Source of the DNA: Dehalococcoidia bacterium
GTDB taxonomy: Bacteria; Chloroflexota; Dehalococcoidia; Bin125
DNA length: 64,000 bases
Direction: 5' to 3'
Assembly: GCA_963555985.3 (NCBI GenBank)
Contig: OY820591.1
Location: forward strand, 608,001-672,000
The notes below the pieces were generated by a model, which saw nothing but the letters and a program-made list of their open reading frames with translations, was not told the origin of the DNA and ran no database searches. The translations under genes and the position numbers were made by a program. Numbering within the stretch: position 1 is the first letter of the stretch; each line of letters begins with the position of its first letter. Of this stretch, positions 62,915 to 64,000 are shown in pieces.

Positions 62915-64000
62915 ATGGACCAGGATCGCCCCTTAGTCACCGGGCCGTCGCTTGGCCCCGTTCCCTATTACTGGGTCGCGGCGATCGTTGTCTGCGTTGG
63001 CACCTTCCTCGGTGTCATGGACAACACGATCACCAACATCGCCCTCCCGACCATGAAGGACGAGTTCGGGCGCCCGCTCGACGACGTGATCTGGGTAGCG
63101 CTCGCCTTCATCGTCGTCAGCACCGGCCTCTCCCTCACGATGGGACGCCTGGGCGACCTCTACGGCCGCAAGATGCTCTACACCTGGGGCTTCGTCGTCT
63201 TCACGGTCGCCACCTTCCTCTCCTCGATCTCCGGATCGCTGGAGGAACTCGTCGGCACGCGCGTGTTGCAGGCCGTCGGCGCCTCGATGACGATGGCGAA
63301 TGGCGCAGCAATCATCACCGCCGCCTTCCCGCCCTCGAAGCGCGGTACCGGCCTGGGCCTGATCGTCTCCACGGTCGGCGCCGGTGCGGCTGCGGGACCG
63401 ATTCTGGGCGGCGTGCTGATCGACCTACTGGACTGGCGCGCGATCTTCTGGACCCGTGTGCCCTTTGGCCTGCTCGCCGCCTTCCTCGCGTGGCGCTTCC
63501 TGACCGACGCGCCCAGCGAGCAGCGGCCCAAGGGTCTTGACATTCCCGGCTCCGTGTTGCTCTTCGGGATGTTGGCTTGCCTCACCTTCGGGATCAACCG
63601 CGCACGCGATCTCGGCCTGACCTCGACCACGGTCACGCTGGTGCTCGCAGCCGGGCTCGTGTTCATGGTCTGGTTCATCATCGTCGAGCGTCGCTCGCGC
63701 TCGCCGGTCGTCGATCTGGGTCTGTTCAAGGGGCGTGGATTCTCATTCGGAATCCTGGCGGCCATCTTGCAGTTCTTCGGCTTGAGTTTCACGTTCTATC
63801 TGATGCCCACGCTGCTTCAGGACGGGCGCGGCTTCAGCGCGACCCAGACCGCGATGATGATGATGCCGCTCTCGCTGATGATGCTGCTCTGGGCGCCGAT
63901 CTCGGGACGCTTATCCGACCGCTTTGGCTCGCGTCCGCTGACGACGGCGGGGATGGTGATCGTCTGCACCGGCCTGATCTTGCTCTCCCGCACCTCGGCC
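62915..64000 (+). CDS. DHA2 (EmrB/QacA-like) MFS transporter, runs off window edge
   Basis: Own translation: GTFLGVMDNTITNIALP..GRLGDLYGRK..WRAIFW; absent from the ORF track because there is no stop. Confidence 0.88.
   Translation, partial: MDQDRPLVTGPSLGPVPYYWVAAIVVCVGTFLGVMDNTITNIALPTMKDEFGRPLDDVIWVALAFIVVSTGLSLTMGRLGDLYGRKMLYTWGFVVFTVATFLSSISGSLEELVGTRVLQAVGASMTMANGAAIITAAFPPSKRGTGLGLIVSTVGAGAAAGPILGGVLIDLLDWRAIFWTRVPFGLLAAFLAWRFLTDAPSEQRPKGLDIPGSVLLFGMLACLTFGINRARDLGLTSTTVTLVLAAGLVFMVWFIIVERRSRSPVVDLGLFKGRGFSFGILAAILQFFGLSFTFYLMPTLLQDGRGFSATQTAMMMMPLSLMMLLWAPISGRLSDRFGSRPLTTAGMVIVCTGLILLSRTSA

Noticed and set aside
1-64000. tRNA, rRNA, integron, IS transposase
   Set aside because: No cloverleaf/T-loop signatures, rRNA-like tracts, tyrosine recombinase or DDE/HUH transposase motifs noticed by eye

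Overview
High-GC bacterial chromosomal window. The gene content (five SDRs, an LLM oxidoreductase, a two-domain CoA-transferase, amidohydrolases, a UGSC selenoprotein) resembles Chloroflexota/Dehalococcoidia, but that assignment is inference. The backbone is branched-chain amino-acid synthesis and turnover (ilvE, ilvBNC, Leu-type dehydrogenase, isovaleryl-CoA dehydrogenase, carboxyltransferase) plus many catabolic oxidoreductases and two MFS transporters. It is interrupted by about 15 small accessory cassettes: two restriction-modification loci plus a Dam-family MTase, about 8 toxin-antitoxin-like modules, two DUF6978/DUF1828-like pairs, Uma2, AlbA_2 and DUF3800. Most sit a few bases downstream of a host gene, and no integrase or transposase is visible. 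At least three families of palindromic REP-like repeats fill the spacers. No rRNA, tRNA or CRISPR array was seen. Most notable: (1) a promoter-bearing structured RNA candidate with kissing-loop potential converging on a DUF3800 RNase-H-fold gene; (2) an intact orphan large terminase with a small partner gene between REP clusters; (3) two cassette insertions that left a diverged copy of the host gene end; (4) a UGA-recoded UGSC selenoprotein; (5) a REP translated in frame inside a CoA-transferase; (6) an NpmA/KamB-like 16S methyltransferase missed by the ORF track. All family names come from motif recognition by eye, not database searches.
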